Source: Thermomicrobiales bacterium
Lineage (GTDB): Bacteria; Chloroflexota; Chloroflexia; Thermomicrobiales; CFX8
NCBI GenBank assembly: GCA_037045155.1
Contig: JBAOIG010000003.1
Location: 1,340,111-1,404,110 of the forward strand
Direction of reading: 5' to 3'
DNA: 64,000 bases
Made by a program: the position numbers and the translations under genes
The notes under the pieces: model-generated
Told to the model about the DNA's origin: nothing
Databases searched by the model: none
The model's input: the letters and a program-made list of their open reading frames with translations, nothing else
Part shown: piece after piece, positions 19,036 through 29,103 of the stretch
Position numbering within the stretch: position 1 is the first letter of the stretch
How the letters are laid out: the number at the start of each line of letters is the position of its first letter

Positions 19036-20125
19036 ACCCGAAGCGATCCGGCGAGAACGGCGCGAGCAGCGGATCTGTCTGGCCGTCGACGATCTGACGG
19101 GTGACGAGCGTCGCCAGCAATGGCCCGAGCGTGACGCCGGAGTGTGTGACTACCTCAGCATAGCCAGGGAGCACGCTGACAAGGCCGGCGCTCGTCCGGC
19201 CATCGGCCGGGATCGGCCGCGTGCCGACCGACCAGCGCGAGACGCGAGCCGCCTCAAGCGCCGGGAGGTAGTCGGCCGCGCGGCGCAGCAGCTCGACTGC
19301 CCACTCGGCCGGCGACTCGCCGCGCTCGATGCCCACATCGGCATCGCCGTGGTGCAGCATCAGGAGATCACCGTCCGGCCGCAGGTGCACTCGCGGTGTG
19401 TGGACGATGCGCCGAACCTGTCCGCTCGCGTGGCTGGCGCGAACGATCAGCCCGCGGGTCGGCGCTAGCGGCAACTCCCTGCCGGCCAGCCGGGCAATCG
19501 CATCCGCGGCAGGGCCGGCGCAGTTGACGACGAGGTCGGCGGGGATGCGCTCGCCGTTCGCCAACTGGACACCGCTGATTCGCCCGCCATCGCGCTCGAT
19601 CGCCGTCACCTGGCTGGCAACGTGAACCTCTGCGCCGTGTTTACGAGCCTCGTCGGCCATCGCTCGGGCCATGGCAGGCCCATCGACCCATGACTCGGTC
19701 GGGAAGTAGACCCCTTGCTCGACATCGTCCTCGACGCGGAGCGCTGGCTCCAGATTCGCCATCTCGGCCCGACTCAACCATTCAACCGGGTAGCTCCAGG
19801 CGCGGAGCCGCGCAACCTGCGCCTCGAGCCGGCCGCCATCGTCACCCACGATCCAGGCGAGGTTGCCCCCCTCGCTGTACCACGGGGCGTCGCCAAGCTC
19901 ATCGCGTAGCTCGCCCCAGGCACGCATTCCGGCAACGTTGAGGGCAAAGTAGTCTTCAGGCGTCTTGGTGTTTGAGTTGGTCCAAGCGAAGCTCGAGCCG
20001 GTTGTGCCCCAGCCCGGCTCGGCGGAGTCGAGCAGCGCAACTGCCTGGCCGGCCTGTGCCAGCCGGAAGGCAAGCGACGCGCCAACCACGCCAGCCCCGA
20101 TAACAACGATCCTTCGCATCCTCAC
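19034..20125 (-). CDS. FAD-dependent oxidoreductase (DAO/glycine oxidase-like)
   Basis: N-terminal Rossmann motif IVVIGAGVVGASLAFRLAQAG..V.LLD, with length and C-terminal blocks typical of the DAO family. Confidence 0.8.
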   Translation of the reverse strand: MRMRRIVVIGAGVVGASLAFRLAQAGQAVALLDSAEPGWGTTGSSFAWTNSNTKTPEDYFALNVAGMRAWGELRDELGDAPWYSEGGNLAWIVGDDGGRLEAQVARLRAWSYPVEWLSRAEMANLEPALRVEDDVEQGVYFPTESWVDGPAMARAMADEARKHGAEVHVASQVTAIERDGGRISGVQLANGERIPADLVVNCAGPAADAIARLAGRELPLAPTRGLIVRASHASGQVRRIVHTPRVHLRPDGDLLMLHHGDADVGIERGESPAEWAVELLRRAADYLPALEAARVSRWSVGTRPIPADGRTSAGLVSVLPGYAEVVTHSGVTLGPLLATLVTRQIVDGQTDPLLAPFSPDRFG

Positions 20126-20173
20126 CGCCCTTTCGTTCTCGCAGAGCTCTCTCCGCGGCAGGATACCGCAGGC

Positions 20174-20836
20174 TCAACTAGCATCGCGCAGGCGCTCACG
20201 AGCGATCGAAACGATCGCCGGCCAGTGACGATGGATGGTGCGGCGGTTGACTCCGATCAGCTCCGCGATCCGCGATGGACCGTGGCCATCCCGGACCGAG
20301 AGCTGGAAGATAGCCTGGTCGCGCGAGTTGAGGTAACCGCAGATCTCAACGATCACCTGGTTGGCCAGGACGATATCTTCGATATCGATCGAGTCCAGCG
20401 GGTCGTGCGGCGCTCCGTCTTGTGGCGCGACGATCGCGCCCTCGCGCAGCAGCGCGCGCACCCGGCCGGCCAGGCGCATCGGAAACACGCGCAGGAAGTA
20501 GTAGCCGAAGCCAGCCGGACCGTCCTGGCTCGTCAGCGGCTGCCACCCTGCCAACACATCGACGAACGCAAGAAACGCTTCCTGCTGGACATCGTCGATC
20601 TCCCACGGGTCAATGGCACGGCGGCGGTAGCGGGCACAGAATCGTGCCACCTTCCACGAGAGCATCGTCAGCAATCGGTCGCGGATGGCCAGGTCGTCGC
20701 GAGCGAGGAGCGCATAACGCGAGAGCGCCAGATCGAGATCCGGGGTCATCTCGACATCGCCGAGCGAGCGCGCAATGAGCGCGGTGAGCCAGTCGCTGGG
20801 GTCTGGGGTAGATCGTTCGGTACTGTTCATTGCCAC
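20174..20836 (-). CDS. sigma-70/ECF-like RNA polymerase sigma factor (divergent)
   Basis: Region-2-like DDVQQEAFLAFVDVL and a C-terminal region-4-like HTH SRIAELIGVNRRTIHRHW. Confidence 0.5.
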   Translation of the reverse strand: MAMNSTERSTPDPSDWLTALIARSLGDVEMTPDLDLALSRYALLARDDLAIRDRLLTMLSWKVARFCARYRRRAIDPWEIDDVQQEAFLAFVDVLAGWQPLTSQDGPAGFGYYFLRVFPMRLAGRVRALLREGAIVAPQDGAPHDPLDSIDIEDIVLANQVIVEICGYLNSRDQAIFQLSVRDGHGPSRIAELIGVNRRTIHRHWPAIVSIARERLRDAS

Positions 20837-20960
20837 TCCAGTGGCCGGGCAGCCCGGAGGGCGGGACGCGAGCGCACCGCCAGTCCGGGTTGTCCGGATG
20901 TCGTGGCGCTTGTGCGCTCAGTTCAGGAAGAACAGCATCAGGTGCTGTAGGTAGGGGGAA

Positions 20961-21224
20961 TCAGCGCCAGCCGCCATGGTCGCCGGCCAGGCTCTCTGGC
21001 AGGTCGCCGCTGGCAGACGCTGGCCGCAGATCGAGGATGTGCTGTGCGCCACAGCGTGGGCAGGTTGCATGGACACAACCCGACGCCTCGTAGAATCGGT
21101 CGCGGACCTTGATTTGAATCTGGCCGCCTGGCTCGTACATCCCCAACAGGATCGGGGGTTCGCCGCAGCGACACTCCCAGCGCTGCTTCGCCACCCGCCC
21201 GATGCGGGCTTGCCGTTCGGTCAT
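20961..21224 (-). CDS. small zinc-ribbon protein
   Basis: CRCG ... CPRCG cysteine pairs 37 residues apart. It overlaps the dinB stop by a few nt (ORF open to 21233). Confidence 0.45.
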   Translation of the reverse strand: MTERQARIGRVAKQRWECRCGEPPILLGMYEPGGQIQIKVRDRFYEASGCVHATCPRCGAQHILDLRPASASGDLPESLAGDHGGWR

Positions 21225-21229
21225 GCTCC

Positions 21230-22450
21230 TCACCTCCTTTCCTTCGTGTTGCTGGCTGCGTCGCGCCGCGCCGGATCGCGGGCGAAGCGGGCCGGCACGA
21301 TCATCGGCGCGCCGGTGCGTTCGGTGATCCGATCGATAGCTGCGTTCAGCTGGCGCAGCCGGACCCGATGGTCGTCGAACAGGTCGAGCTGGTGCGACGC
21401 CGACGCCAGGCTCGCGACCCGGACGCCAAGTAGCCGCACCGGCGCCCGCCGCTCGGCCAGCGCGCGATCGAGCAGCTCGGCCGCGACGACGTGGATAACC
21501 TGGTGGGCGTCGGTCGGCCGATCGAGCGACTGTTGGCGACTGATCGTCGCAAAGTCGTCGTAGCGGAGCTTCAGCGCGACCGTCGTCGCCATCAGTCCAC
21601 GGCGGCGCAACTCGGCCCCCGTCCGCTCGCAGAGCCGATAGAGCGTCGAATCGAGCTCGGCATGGGCGACGATGTCCCGGTCGAACGTCTGCTCGTGGCC
21701 GAGCGACTTGCGCTCGCCCGGCTCGCCACGCACTGCCCGGTCATCCTCCCCACGGGCGCGCGCTTGCAGCCGGCCGGCGTCGCTCCCAACGATGTCGAGC
21801 AGCAGCACGCCCGGCGCGACGGCCAGATCCGCCAGCGTCACGATCCCGGCGGCGCGTAGCCGCGCGGTCGCCTTCGGCCCGACTCCCGGCAACCGTTCGA
21901 CCGGCAACGGGCCCAGCGTCGCCGCCTCCTGCCCGCGGCGGACGATCCGCAGCCCGTCGGGCTTGTCGAGGTCGGAGGCGATCTTGGCTACCAGCTTGTT
22001 CGAGGCAACACCAAGCGAGACGGCCAGACCGACCTCGTCGCGAACTCGCTGCTTCAGCGCCCGCGAGAGCTGCTCGACGCTACCGAACAGCCGCTCCGAG
22101 TTGCTGATGTCGAGGTAGGCTTCGTCGATACTGACCACTTCGACCAGCGGCGAGAAGTCGTCGAGGACAAGTCGGAAGCGCTGTGACAGCTCGCGGTACA
22201 ACGCGCCGTCGGGCCGTACGATGACCGCTTGCGGACAGAGGCGGACCGCCTGCGCCATCGGCATCGCCGAGCAAACGCCGTGCTGGCGGGCTTCGTAGGT
22301 GGCCGAGGCAACCACACCGCGCCCCTCCGGCGACCCGCCGACGATAACCGGCCGGCCGCGCAGCTCGGGGCGACGCAGCACCTCGGCTGCGGCGAAGAAC
22401 GCGTCGAGGTCCGCATGGACGACCCAGCGGTCGGCGTCGTGCGCGTACAC
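21230..22450 (-). CDS. dinB: DNA polymerase IV (Y-family)
   Basis: HADLDAFFAAAE, SIDEAYLDI, SLGVASNKLVAKIASD and LPGVGPK blocks. GTG start. Confidence 0.9.
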   Translation of the reverse strand: MYAHDADRWVVHADLDAFFAAAEVLRRPELRGRPVIVGGSPEGRGVVASATYEARQHGVCSAMPMAQAVRLCPQAVIVRPDGALYRELSQRFRLVLDDFSPLVEVVSIDEAYLDISNSERLFGSVEQLSRALKQRVRDEVGLAVSLGVASNKLVAKIASDLDKPDGLRIVRRGQEAATLGPLPVERLPGVGPKATARLRAAGIVTLADLAVAPGVLLLDIVGSDAGRLQARARGEDDRAVRGEPGERKSLGHEQTFDRDIVAHAELDSTLYRLCERTGAELRRRGLMATTVALKLRYDDFATISRQQSLDRPTDAHQVIHVVAAELLDRALAERRAPVRLLGVRVASLASASHQLDLFDDHRVRLRQLNAAIDRITERTGAPMIVPARFARDPARRDAASNTKERR

Positions 22451-22476
22451 TTCATCCTCCCGGCTGCCAATACCAA

Positions 22477-22498
22477 GAATAGAACATATGTTCTATTC
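22477..22498. promoter_or_regulatory. LexA (SOS) box, Cheo type
   Basis: Perfect 22-nt palindrome gaatAGAACATATGTTCTattc containing GAAC-N4-GTTC, 27 nt upstream of the dinB start. Confidence 0.7.
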
Positions 22499-22640
22499 TG
22501 ACTCGATAGTAAAGCCCCGCGCCGCCGATGTCAACCATGTGTCACACAGATGTTGGCGGCGAACGCGGATATTGTCCGCGCGCCGCCCGTCGGGCTATTC
22601 TGGTCGCCAGCGGGCTAGTTGACAGAGAGGTAGACGTCAG

Positions 22641-23396
22641 ATGGCAGATGTAGCGCGAGTGGCGATCATTTCCGATGTCCATGGCAACCGACCGGCGTTT
22701 GAGGCAGTGCTGGCCGAGGTCGATCGGCGCGGCCCCTTCGACACGCTCGTCGGAGGCGGCGACTATGCGTTTGGCGGGGCGTTCCCCGACGACTCACTGG
22801 CGCTGGTTGTCGAGCGCGGGCTGACGTGCGTCCGCGGCAACACGGATGAGTGGATCATCGAGGCGGCCACCAATGGACGCCAGCCGGCCCACGGCTACGA
22901 GCCGGAGCAGGCGCACAGCGAGCTGCTGCGCTCGGTCGATGCCTGGGCCGCCGCCCGGTTGAGCGACGACCATCGGCGGCTTCTGGCCAACCTGCCGGTA
23001 AGTTGGGAGACGACGGGACCGAGCGGTCAGACACTCGCCTTCGTCCATTCCACGCCCTGGAGCACCCACCCGGTCATTCTCCCCGACGCGCCGGAGGAGA
23101 TGGCGCGCCGGATGCTCGACGCCGCCGGCGCTCAGATGCTGCTCTACGGTCACATCCACTACGCTTACACCAGGCAGGTCGACGATCGAACGCTGGCGTG
23201 TGTCGGCAGCGTCGGGATGCCGTTCGACGGGGACTGGCGGCCGTGCTTCGCGGTTGCCGAGGATGATGGCGCTGGCTGGCGTGTCGAGCACGTCCGGGTC
23301 GAGTATGACCGCGAGCCATATCTGGCAGCGCTGCTGGAATCGGGCGTGCCGAACGCGGCGGAATTCATCAGCTCGATCCGCCAGCGAGGCGGATGA
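22641..23396 (+). CDS. metallophosphoesterase (YfcE/MJ0936-like)
   Basis: ISDVHGN, GGGDY, RGNTDE and YGHIH metal-binding motifs in canonical order. Confidence 0.8.
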   Translation: MADVARVAIISDVHGNRPAFEAVLAEVDRRGPFDTLVGGGDYAFGGAFPDDSLALVVERGLTCVRGNTDEWIIEAATNGRQPAHGYEPEQAHSELLRSVDAWAAARLSDDHRRLLANLPVSWETTGPSGQTLAFVHSTPWSTHPVILPDAPEEMARRMLDAAGAQMLLYGHIHYAYTRQVDDRTLACVGSVGMPFDGDWRPCFAVAEDDGAGWRVEHVRVEYDREPYLAALLESGVPNAAEFISSIRQRGG

Positions 23397-23514
23397 GCCG
23401 GGCGGAGAGTCCGCGACCGCGTGGTATCATCGCCAGAATGTGGAGACTGGCGAACGATCTTGCACACACCGGTTGGGGCGGCTCGGTACCCGCGCTCCAC
23501 GGAGTCACCCAGAT

Positions 23515-24004
23515 ATGACCAGAGTGTTCTTCGGGCTCTCGCTGGCGCTGGTTGCGATGCTCCAGGCATCGTTTGTGCCGGCCCTCGGGCTGATTGCTAT
23601 CCAGCCGGATCTCGCGCTGATCCTGTTGCTCGCGTGGAGCGCGTCCCGTGGGATGGCCGAGGGAATGGCTTGGGCGCTGGGTCTCGGCATCTGGCTCGAC
23701 CTGCTGACACTTCGATCCTCTCGGAACCCATGCATTCTCGTTGCTGGTCGTTGCCGTTATCGGCGGGCTGGCCGGCCAACGGATATTCCGGTCGGGGATC
23801 GTCCTGCCGATCGTCCTGGTCGTCGTGGCGACACTGGCCTCCGGCCTGGTCGCATCGCTTGTGGCACGCTTCAGTGGGGATGCGGCCGGCGGGCTGGAGA
23901 TGATGCGGCCGATCGTCGCAGCCGTGTTTCTGAACACCATGTTCGTGCTCGTTGGCTGGGTCGTCCTGCTCATCGTGGATCGCTGGATACCGCGTCATGT
24001 TTAA
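23515..24004 (+). CDS. mreD: rod shape-determining protein MreD, interrupted by one +1 frame shift near 23705-23715
   Basis: The N-terminal half sits in the frame of ORF 23200..24225 (MTRVFFGLSLALVAMLQASFVP...WLDLLT). The C-terminal half sits in ORF 23741..24004 (hand-read join ..DPLGTHAFSLLVVAVIGGLAGQ..). Its stop overlaps the mrdA ATG. Confidence 0.65.
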
Positions 24005-26294
24005 GAAGAATAAGCGCATGGAGCTCGTCCGCCCCGGCGAGCGCCGCCGTCGCGAAGAGAGCGACGGCGATGACAATCGAATCACGCGCCGGGTCCTTCT
24101 GGCCCGCGGGACGATCGGGCTGGCGTTCGTCGGGCTGGGTGGCAAGCTCTGGCAGATGCAGATTGCCGAGGGCAACGAGTTCCGGCGTATCGCTCGCGAA
24201 AACGTCATCGAGTTCCAGCGGCTGAAAGCGCCGCGCGGGCGGATCCTCGATCGCGCAGGCGAGCCACTCGCCGAGAATCGTCGCTCGTGGAGCGTCCAGG
24301 TCACCCAGAGCCGGTTGCCGGACGACAAGGATCAGCGGGAGCACATCCTCGGCGTCGTGTCCCAGAAGCTGGCCCTCGGCAAGTCGCTCGTCATCGACCG
24401 GACTCTCGTCCCGGTCGGCTCCGAGGCGGCGGTTGTCAACGCGATCTCGAAGCGACTGGAGGTCGACAGCGCCACGCTGATCGCCCGCCTGACCGGCAGC
24501 GATATCGCGATGCTCATGCTTCGCGAGAATCTCTCCGAGCAGGACGCGGCAGGCTATGCGGCGAGCATGATCGATATCCCGGGCGTCCGCGTCGTGAATA
24601 CTATCGACTACCAGCTCGCGAATCACCCACTCCAGGATATGCCACTGATCGTCAAGAAGGACGTCGACCAGGCGATCGCGCTCGATCTGGCGTCGAACGC
24701 GCTCTACTTGCCCGGTGTCATCGTGGATGACGCGCTTCTGGTGCGTCACTACCCGGCCGGCCCGACCTTCTCGCACATCCTCGGCTACGTCGGTCCGATT
24801 ACCGAGGAGGAGTACGACCACGAGCTGACGCCCAGTGGCGGCCATCTCTACGAAACCGACGACCGGGTGGGGCGAGGCGGGATCGAGCAGGCACTCGAGA
24901 CGAGTCTGCGCGGAGAGAAGGGCGCCCGCTGGGTGCAGATCGACGCCAATGGGGTCGTCCGGGACGAGCTGCTCGACCAGCGCAAAGACCCACGCGCCGG
25001 CCTGAGCGCGCGGCTGACGCTCATTCGCGACTTCCAGATCGCCGCCGAGGCTGCGCTGCGCGATGGGATCGCCAACGCAAATGCCGACGCGCTGGAGAAC
25101 GGCCGCGACCCGGTTGGCGCAGGCGTCGCGATCGCAATGAACCCGCAGAACGGCGAGATCCTGGCGATGGCCTCGCTGCCGACCTTCGACAACCAGAAGT
25201 TCGTCGATGGGATCTCCGACGCCGACTACCAGGCCTATCTCGACGATCCGTTCGAGCCACTGCTCGACCGCTCGATCTCCGGCCAGTTCCCGCCAGGGTC
25301 GACATTCAAGCCGATGATGGCTGCGGCCGGCCTGCACGATGGCGCTCAGCGGCCCGACGGACTCAGGCCGGACACGAAATTCCGCTGTCTCGGCCGCATC
25401 CGGGTGCCATGGACCTGGGACGAGACGCAGGGCAACGACTACCCGTGCTGGGAATTGGAGACGGGCCATGGAGACGTCGATGTCTTCACGGGCATCTCAC
25501 ACTCCTGCGACGTCTATTTCTACAACGTCGGCGCGCCGGACTCTGTCGCCGACAATGGCGTGCGCGTCCACTTCTACATCCCCAACGACCCGAACCAGCA
25601 CTTCTTCATGGGCATGGGGGTCGAGAAGATGCATGCGTACATGACGAAAGTGTTCGGCTACGGTCGCGCGAGCGGCATCGAGCTGGCCGGCGAAGCGGAT
25701 GGCATCGTCCCCAACCCCAAGTGGCTCTTCCAGACACTCGACCAGAACTGGTCGATTGGTGACACGATTAATATGTCAATCGGCCAGGGACATCTGCTCT
25801 GCACACCGTTGCAACTGCTCAATAGCACCGCGTCGATCGCGGCCGGCGGGAAGCTCTTTCGTCCGCGACTGATCCGCGACCTCATCCGCGAGGATGGCGT
25901 CGTCGACCGCACGTTCCAGCCCGAGATGATCAACGACATGACGATCGACAAAGGCCCGAACGACCCGTGGATCGCCGCCGAACACCTGGCGACGGTTCGC
26001 GAGGGAATGCGCCGGACGGTGACAGAAGGCACAGGCATGGGCAAGGTCGATGTGCCGGGGATCGAGATCGGCGCGAAGTCGGGCACCGCCGAGTATGGCG
26101 AGGCAATCGAGGGCAAGTACAAGCAGGGGCACGCCTGGTTCACCGCATTCGGGCCGTTCGAAAACCCCGAGATCTGCGTCGCGGTGATGATCTCCGGCGG
26201 CGGCGCGGGATCGGTCTACTCCGGCCCGATTGCCAACAGCATCCTGCGGACCTACTTCGAGAATCAGTCGATTCGCGACGCCGCGCGGGCGTGA
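23997..26294 (+). CDS. mrdA: penicillin-binding protein 2 (elongasome transpeptidase)
   Basis: N-terminal TM segment, GSTFKP (SxxK), KSGTAE (KTG), and position after mreD. Confidence 0.9.
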   Translation: MFKKNKRMELVRPGERRRREESDGDDNRITRRVLLARGTIGLAFVGLGGKLWQMQIAEGNEFRRIARENVIEFQRLKAPRGRILDRAGEPLAENRRSWSVQVTQSRLPDDKDQREHILGVVSQKLALGKSLVIDRTLVPVGSEAAVVNAISKRLEVDSATLIARLTGSDIAMLMLRENLSEQDAAGYAASMIDIPGVRVVNTIDYQLANHPLQDMPLIVKKDVDQAIALDLASNALYLPGVIVDDALLVRHYPAGPTFSHILGYVGPITEEEYDHELTPSGGHLYETDDRVGRGGIEQALETSLRGEKGARWVQIDANGVVRDELLDQRKDPRAGLSARLTLIRDFQIAAEAALRDGIANANADALENGRDPVGAGVAIAMNPQNGEILAMASLPTFDNQKFVDGISDADYQAYLDDPFEPLLDRSISGQFPPGSTFKPMMAAAGLHDGAQRPDGLRPDTKFRCLGRIRVPWTWDETQGNDYPCWELETGHGDVDVFTGISHSCDVYFYNVGAPDSVADNGVRVHFYIPNDPNQHFFMGMGVEKMHAYMTKVFGYGRASGIELAGEADGIVPNPKWLFQTLDQNWSIGDTINMSIGQGHLLCTPLQLLNSTASIAAGGKLFRPRLIRDLIREDGVVDRTFQPEMINDMTIDKGPNDPWIAAEHLATVREGMRRTVTEGTGMGKVDVPGIEIGAKSGTAEYGEAIEGKYKQGHAWFTAFGPFENPEICVAVMISGGGAGSVYSGPIANSILRTYFENQSIRDAARA

Positions 26295-26347
26295 CCGCTT
26301 CGGCGCACAGAGAGGAACGCCGGCACGTGGCCGAGACGCACGCTACA

Positions 26348-26797
26348 ATGAGCCAGCAGTCACCAAACCACGTCGAGGCCGCAAGCGTCGCCCCTGGCCC
26401 GATCCATCACCTCGGCATCGTTGTTCGCGACATCACGGTTGCCGTCGAGCAGTACCGCGCGCTGGGATTCACCGGCGGCGAGGTGACGCGGGTGGCCGAG
26501 CAGAACGCCGACATCGCCGCGCTGCGGGCCGGCGAGAGCTGGGTCGAGATCCTCGCGCCGATCGAGCACGACTCGCCAATCGGCCGATTCCTCGACGCAC
26601 GCGGCCCCGGCGTCCACCACATCGCCTACCTCGTCGACGACCTGCCGGCCACGCTCGACCAGCTGGCGGCAGCCGGCGTCGAGCTGATCGACCGTCAGCC
26701 TCGCCGCGGCCTGCACGACTGGCTGATCGCGTTCGTCCACCCGCGCGCCTGCGCCGGGGTGCTGACCGAGCTGGTGGACCGGGCGAGCGTGGAGTAG
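26348..26797 (+). CDS. mce: methylmalonyl-CoA epimerase (VOC/glyoxalase fold)
   Basis: IHHLGIVVRDI..A...Y..LGF, VEILAP....SPIGRFL...GPGVHHIAY.V.D and GV.LID are typical epimerase blocks. It lies upstream of the mutase. Confidence 0.75.
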   Translation: MSQQSPNHVEAASVAPGPIHHLGIVVRDITVAVEQYRALGFTGGEVTRVAEQNADIAALRAGESWVEILAPIEHDSPIGRFLDARGPGVHHIAYLVDDLPATLDQLAAAGVELIDRQPRRGLHDWLIAFVHPRACAGVLTELVDRASVE

Positions 26798-26837
26798 CGA
26801 CGCGGCGGGCGCAGCGCATCGACAAGCGTAACGCGTC

Positions 26838-27330
26838 GGGATGGCAGCATCCCCGCCCGTTGTCATTCTGAGCGCGCACGCGAGGAATCTCTCCTCCGGT
26901 GGAATGGGTCGAACGTGGGGGAGATCTTTCGCTGCGGCTCAAGATGACAAAGACACGGGATGGCAGCATCCCCCGCCCGTTGTCATTCTGAGTGCGCACG
27001 CGAGGAATCTCTCCTCCGGTGGAATGGGTCGAACGTGGGGGAGATCCTTCACTGCGGCTCAAGATGACAAAGACACGGGGTGGCAGCATCCCCCGCCCGT
27101 TGTCATTCTGAGCGCGCACGCGAGGAATCTCTCCTCCGTTGGAATGGGTCGAACGTGGGGGAGATCTTTCGCTGCGGCTCAAGATGACAAAGACACGGGG
27201 TGGCAGCATCCCCCGCTCGTTGTCATTCTGAGCGCGCACGCGAGGAATCTCTCCTCCGGTGGAATGGGTCGAACGTGGGGGAGATCTTTCGCTGCGGCTC
27301 AAGATGACAAAGACGCAGGGTGGCTGCCAC
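26838..27330. repeat. array B: four near-identical 120-bp tandem hairpin units
   Basis: Period is exactly 120 nt (26841, 26960/1, 27081, 27201) with only a few substitutions between units. Each unit contains GTCATTCTGAGCGCGCACGCGAGGAATCTCTCC ... GGAGATCTTTCGCTGCGGCTCAAGATGAC. Confidence 0.9.
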
Positions 27331-27429
27331 CTTGACGCTTTATGCCAGCCGGAGCGCTGAGTGCTATGCCACTGTCGATCCCGATGGTACGCTCCCCGCG
27401 GCAACAGGACGCGACAGGAGGCGGGCGGC

Positions 27430-29016
27430 ATGAGCACCAGCAAGAAGACCGACCAGCGGGTGACGACCTCGGGGATCGAGATCAGGCCGGTCTATCGGCC
27501 GGCCGACATCGCCAGCGAGCCAGCGCCGGATCCCGGCGAGTTCCCCTACACACGCGGGCCGTACCCGACGATGTATCGCGGCCGGCTCTGGACGATGCGC
27601 CAGTATGCCGGGTTCTCCTCAGCCGAGGAGACGAACACGCGCTTCAAGCTGCTGCTCGAACGCGGGCAGACCGGGCTCTCCGTGCGCCTTCGACCTGCCG
27701 ACCCAGTTGGGGCTGGACGCCGACGACCCACGCGCGCAGGCCGAGGTCGGCCTGGTCGGCGTCTCGATCTCGACGCTCGACGACATGCGACGTCTGCTGG
27801 ATGGCATCCAGCTGGACAGCGTCACCACCTCGATGACGATCAACGCGCCCGCCTCGGTCCTGCTGTTGATGTACCAGATCGTCGGCGAGGAGCAGGGGGC
27901 CGACCTGTCGAAGCTGGGCGGGACGATTCAGAACGACATCCTCAAGGAATACGCCGCCCGCGGCACTTACATCTTCCCACCACGCCCGTCGATGCGGCTC
28001 GTCACCGATACCTTCCGCTATTGCGCGGAGGCGCTGCCGAGCTGGAACACGATCTCGATCTCCGGTTACCACATCCGCGAGGCCGGCTCGTCAGCAGTCC
28101 AGGAGGTCGCCTTCACGCTGGCCAACGGGGTCGCCTACGTCCAGGCTGCGATTGACGCCGGCCTCGCAATCGACGACTTCGCCCCGCGCCTGTCGTTCTT
28201 CTTCAACGCCCACAACGGCTTCCTGGAGGAGGTCGCCAAGTACCGCGCAGCGCGCAGGATGTGGGCGACGATCATGCGCGACCGCTTCGGCGCGCGCGAC
28301 TCGAAGTCGCTGACGCTGCGCTTCCACACCCAGACGGGCGGCTCGACGCTGACCGCCCAGCAGCCGCTCAACAACGTCGTCCGCGTCGCGATCCAGGCGC
28401 TCTCGGCAGTGCTGGGCGGGACGCAGTCGCTGCACACTAACGGCTACGACGAGGCGCTCTCGCTGCCGACCGACCGAGGCGGCGACGCTGGCGCTGCGAA
28501 CGCAGCAGATTATCGCCCACGAGGCAGGCGTGATCGACGACGGCCGACCCGCTGGCCGGGTCCTACGCCATCGAGGCGCTCACCGACGAGATCGAGCGGC
28601 GGGCATACGAGCTGATGGACGCTGTTGAGTCGATGGGCGGCGCGGTCGCAGCGATCGAGAGCGGCTTCATGCAGGACCAGATCGCCGAGACGGCCTACCG
28701 GTGGGAGGAGGCGGTCGACAGCGGCGAACGGGTCATCGTCGGCGTCAACTACCAGCGCGAGGAGGAGGAAGCTGGCGTCCCGCTGCACCACATCGACCGC
28801 GAGCTCGTCCAGCGCCAGATCGACCGCACCACGCACTACAAGGCAGAGCGCGCGTCCCCAGAGGTCGACAACGTTCTGGCGAGGGTCAGCGCCGCGGCTA
28901 GCGCGACCGACAACCTGCTGCCTGTCATGCGCGAGGCGCTATTGGCTGGCGCGACCCTCGGTCAGATCTGCAACGCGCTGCGCGCCGAGTGGGGCGAGTA
29001 TCGGCCAGTTGGGTAG
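27430..29016 (+). CDS. methylmalonyl-CoA mutase catalytic (large) subunit without fused B12-binding domain; three +1 frame shifts
   Basis: [36 protein letters not shown] (hand-joined), [18 protein letters not shown] and HTQTGG blocks. Frames change near 27685, 28472 and 28540, spanning ORFs 27361, 27605 and 28615. Confidence 0.85.
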
Positions 29017-29103
29017 GAGACCGCACTCCCGACATCCCGACAGGAACACCCGATGAGCGAGCCAGAGCGGCTCAGCCACTCGACGCGGCGCGTCTGGACT
29101 GAT

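Noticed and set aside
26838-27330. Possible CRISPR array (regularly spaced repeats)
   Set aside because: The whole 120-nt unit is repeated almost identically, so there are no unique spacers. Each unit is itself a long imperfect palindrome. No cas genes are in the window. I interpret it as a tandem REP/MITE-like hairpin repeat.
26469-27443. 324-aa (-) and 164-aa (+) ORFs with internally repeated peptide sequence
   Set aside because: They run through repeat array B, and they stay open only because the 120-nt period is a multiple of three. There is no independent coding evidence.
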